A DNA stretch of 64,000 nt from Bugula neritina (Eukaryota > Animalia > Bryozoa): positions 7,332,707 to 7,396,706 of the forward strand of contig OZ037767.1 of the NCBI GenBank assembly GCA_964035545.1, written 5' to 3'. Of the stretch, positions 62,401-64,000 are shown in pieces. The number at the start of each line of letters is the position of its first letter. Position 1 is the stretch's first letter. The notes under the pieces were generated by a model. The model saw only the letters and a list, made by a program, of their open reading frames with translations. It made no database searches and had not been told where the DNA came from. The position numbers and the translations under genes are program-made.

Positions 62401-63023
62401 TTGGACTAGCTAGATTATAGATGAAGAGTGAAACTTACAACTGTATTATATGACATGCTACTCATATCTGCAGAAATACAAGCTTCAGAGTTGCTTCCCC
62501 CTATTCGCTGATCTGCTTCGTGCAGCTCTGCCTGATATGGTACGGCTCCTTCCACTGCCACTGTCACTGCCTGCACTGACTGTAAATTTGGCTTGTCCAT
62601 CTTGAGATCTGAAACTGATTTTAAAATGTTGGTAAGAAAAACCAACCAAGAAAAATAATTCTAACTTGATACATTTTTGTACATGTGTTTGTTGGTGTGC
62701 TATAAAAATTTTGCCCCAACTTAGATTCAAACCTTGGACCTCCGGCTTGCAAACTAGCGCACTAACCATCACACCACAAGGGCTACTGAATAATTTCAAC
62801 ACTAAATGTGCATTAAGACTGATATATGTATATTCCACCAAGAGATTGCTTCAGGTGTCTACTAAACCTACTTGATTCATATGTTGAGGGATTGTCACTC
62901 TTTTCTGGGACACACTCTTCGCCTAACTCTAAGTGTTCATCATCTACGTAATAATCTCCATCTTCGAGTTCATCATCATACACGTCTGCATCCTGCATGT
63001 CGTCATGCTGCCCGTCATACTCT
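56417..63023 (-). CDS. Protein with acidic N-terminal region, basic linker and two HMG boxes; 5' end not located
   Basis: Box 1: DPDAPQRPLTAFKLFMNEFRGKYSAQYPNIPFSEMTDI-GAEVWRDMSAHKKLEFQKEAKLKQDEY. Box 2: KPKTAYQIFMSDY...GVRKWNRMTKNQKVIYE. Phase-compatible GT-AG exons; TAG at 56417-56419. Confidence 0.8.
59218..60332. mobile_element. Kolobok-like non-autonomous transposon, copy 2 (with nested MITE)
   Basis: Same TIRs and body as 13576-14344; flanks TTAA/TCAA. Confidence 0.85.
59777..60120. mobile_element. 344-bp MITE with long TIRs and TTA TSD (PIF/Harbinger-like)
   Basis: TTA|GCCTAGGGCCACAC...GTGTGGCCCTAGGC|TTA; the empty site TAGTTAGCACGTG is present in copy 1 (about 14130). Confidence 0.9.
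62712..62784 (-). pseudogene. Degenerate tRNA-like sequence or SINE head in an intron
   Basis: GCCCTTGTGGTGTGATGGTTAGTGCGCTAGTTTGCAAGCCGGAGGTCCAAGGTTTGAATCTAAGTTGGGGC: A/B-box-like motifs and tRNA length, but mismatched stems. Confidence 0.5.
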
Positions 63024-64000
63024 TTTAGTTATCGAGGAAAAATAATGACAGTTTTAGTGGCTTATTGCTTTGCATGAACATTATTAAACTTGCCCTGCAG
63101 CCTCAAATGTCTGTAAACTTTTTATCTATACGCCAATTTTTGATTTCGTAATTCACTAATAATATATTGATTTTCACTCTAGACATGTGTCGGTCCAACA
63201 GCAATTATTAGGATGTTACAAGAGATATATTGGAACAGGGAACTTGTTTTAGTACTTAGTACAATTATTCTTTCTGATATGTTTCTATTATAAAATACTA
63301 ATAAGTGCAAGCTAAAATGATATGGAATTGACTTGCATGCCCAATGTAACGTAGCACTGCATGTTAGAGGATACAAATTTCTATAATTTTGTGTGTGAAA
63401 GTTAAAAAATAAAAGTTAAGAAATAACTTAAATGCTGGTTTAAATTAGTTTGTAAGGAAATCACAATTTTATTCGATTTACAACAAACATACAATATACA
63501 GCCAGTCTTAGCACATTATACCTTGCTAATTAATTTATTGATTACCTGACTGCAATTTTTTTTTAATAAACTAATATTAAATCATAACACAATGACCATA
63601 AAATATCATAAAATCAAGTAGAGAATTGTACTCTTCAGTGACAGCAAGAGGTGTCTTATTAAAAAAAGTAATAATTATTTCTCTTCACAATCCATTCTTA
63701 ATGTGCAACTTTTGTCTTGTTAGGGTAACTAAAACATTTTTTGCTGATGAATTTCAACCTTAAGTTTCACAAAACCTAATGAAGGATTGGTACATGATTT
63801 CATAACATAGCAATCAAACTATTGATCAAGCTCAAACTATTTTTTCCGACAAGCATTAACAGTAAAAAACTGTTTTAGCTCTTGCTTTAGTTAACTCTAA
63901 AGTTACTTTTTAACTTGATAAAACTAATCATTTCCACCAAATGACGCAAATTTTGATCTATAGATTTAGAATAGAATATGTATGATGTATAGCCATTAGC

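Noticed and set aside
62712-62784. Functional tRNA gene
   Set aside because: Acceptor, anticodon and T stems are mismatched and the T loop is TTTGAAT; pseudogene or SINE head.

Overview
AT-rich, intron-rich genomic DNA from an invertebrate animal; the species cannot be determined from the sequence. Seven spliced protein-coding genes can be reconstructed by eye: ALDH1L-type 10-formyl-THF dehydrogenase (-, 3' end outside the window), a KIAA0825 homolog (+), SEL1L (-), an orphan type-I membrane protein (-), PRPF3 (-), PIGH (+) and a two-HMG-box protein (-, 5' end not located). Introns carry several non-autonomous DNA transposons (two Kolobok-like TTAA copies, one with a nested TTA-TSD MITE, plus a CACTG-ended element), a tRNA-headed SINE family and many minisatellites. 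Four observations stand out. (1) Minisatellites built from splice sites themselves: a 9x donor/AG|GT array in ALDH1L, and a 5x acceptor array in KIAA0825 in which two variants remove the in-frame stops. (2) A perfect 99-bp-arm palindrome inside (TA)n, each arm carrying a minimal hammerhead ribozyme core of the Penelope pLTR type. (3) The orphan membrane protein has a WxxW/Ser/Thr repeat ectodomain and NPxY, PPxY and PSAP motifs in its tail. (4) The same 12-mer occurs upstream of three housekeeping genes. All gene models are manual, and no database searches were run.
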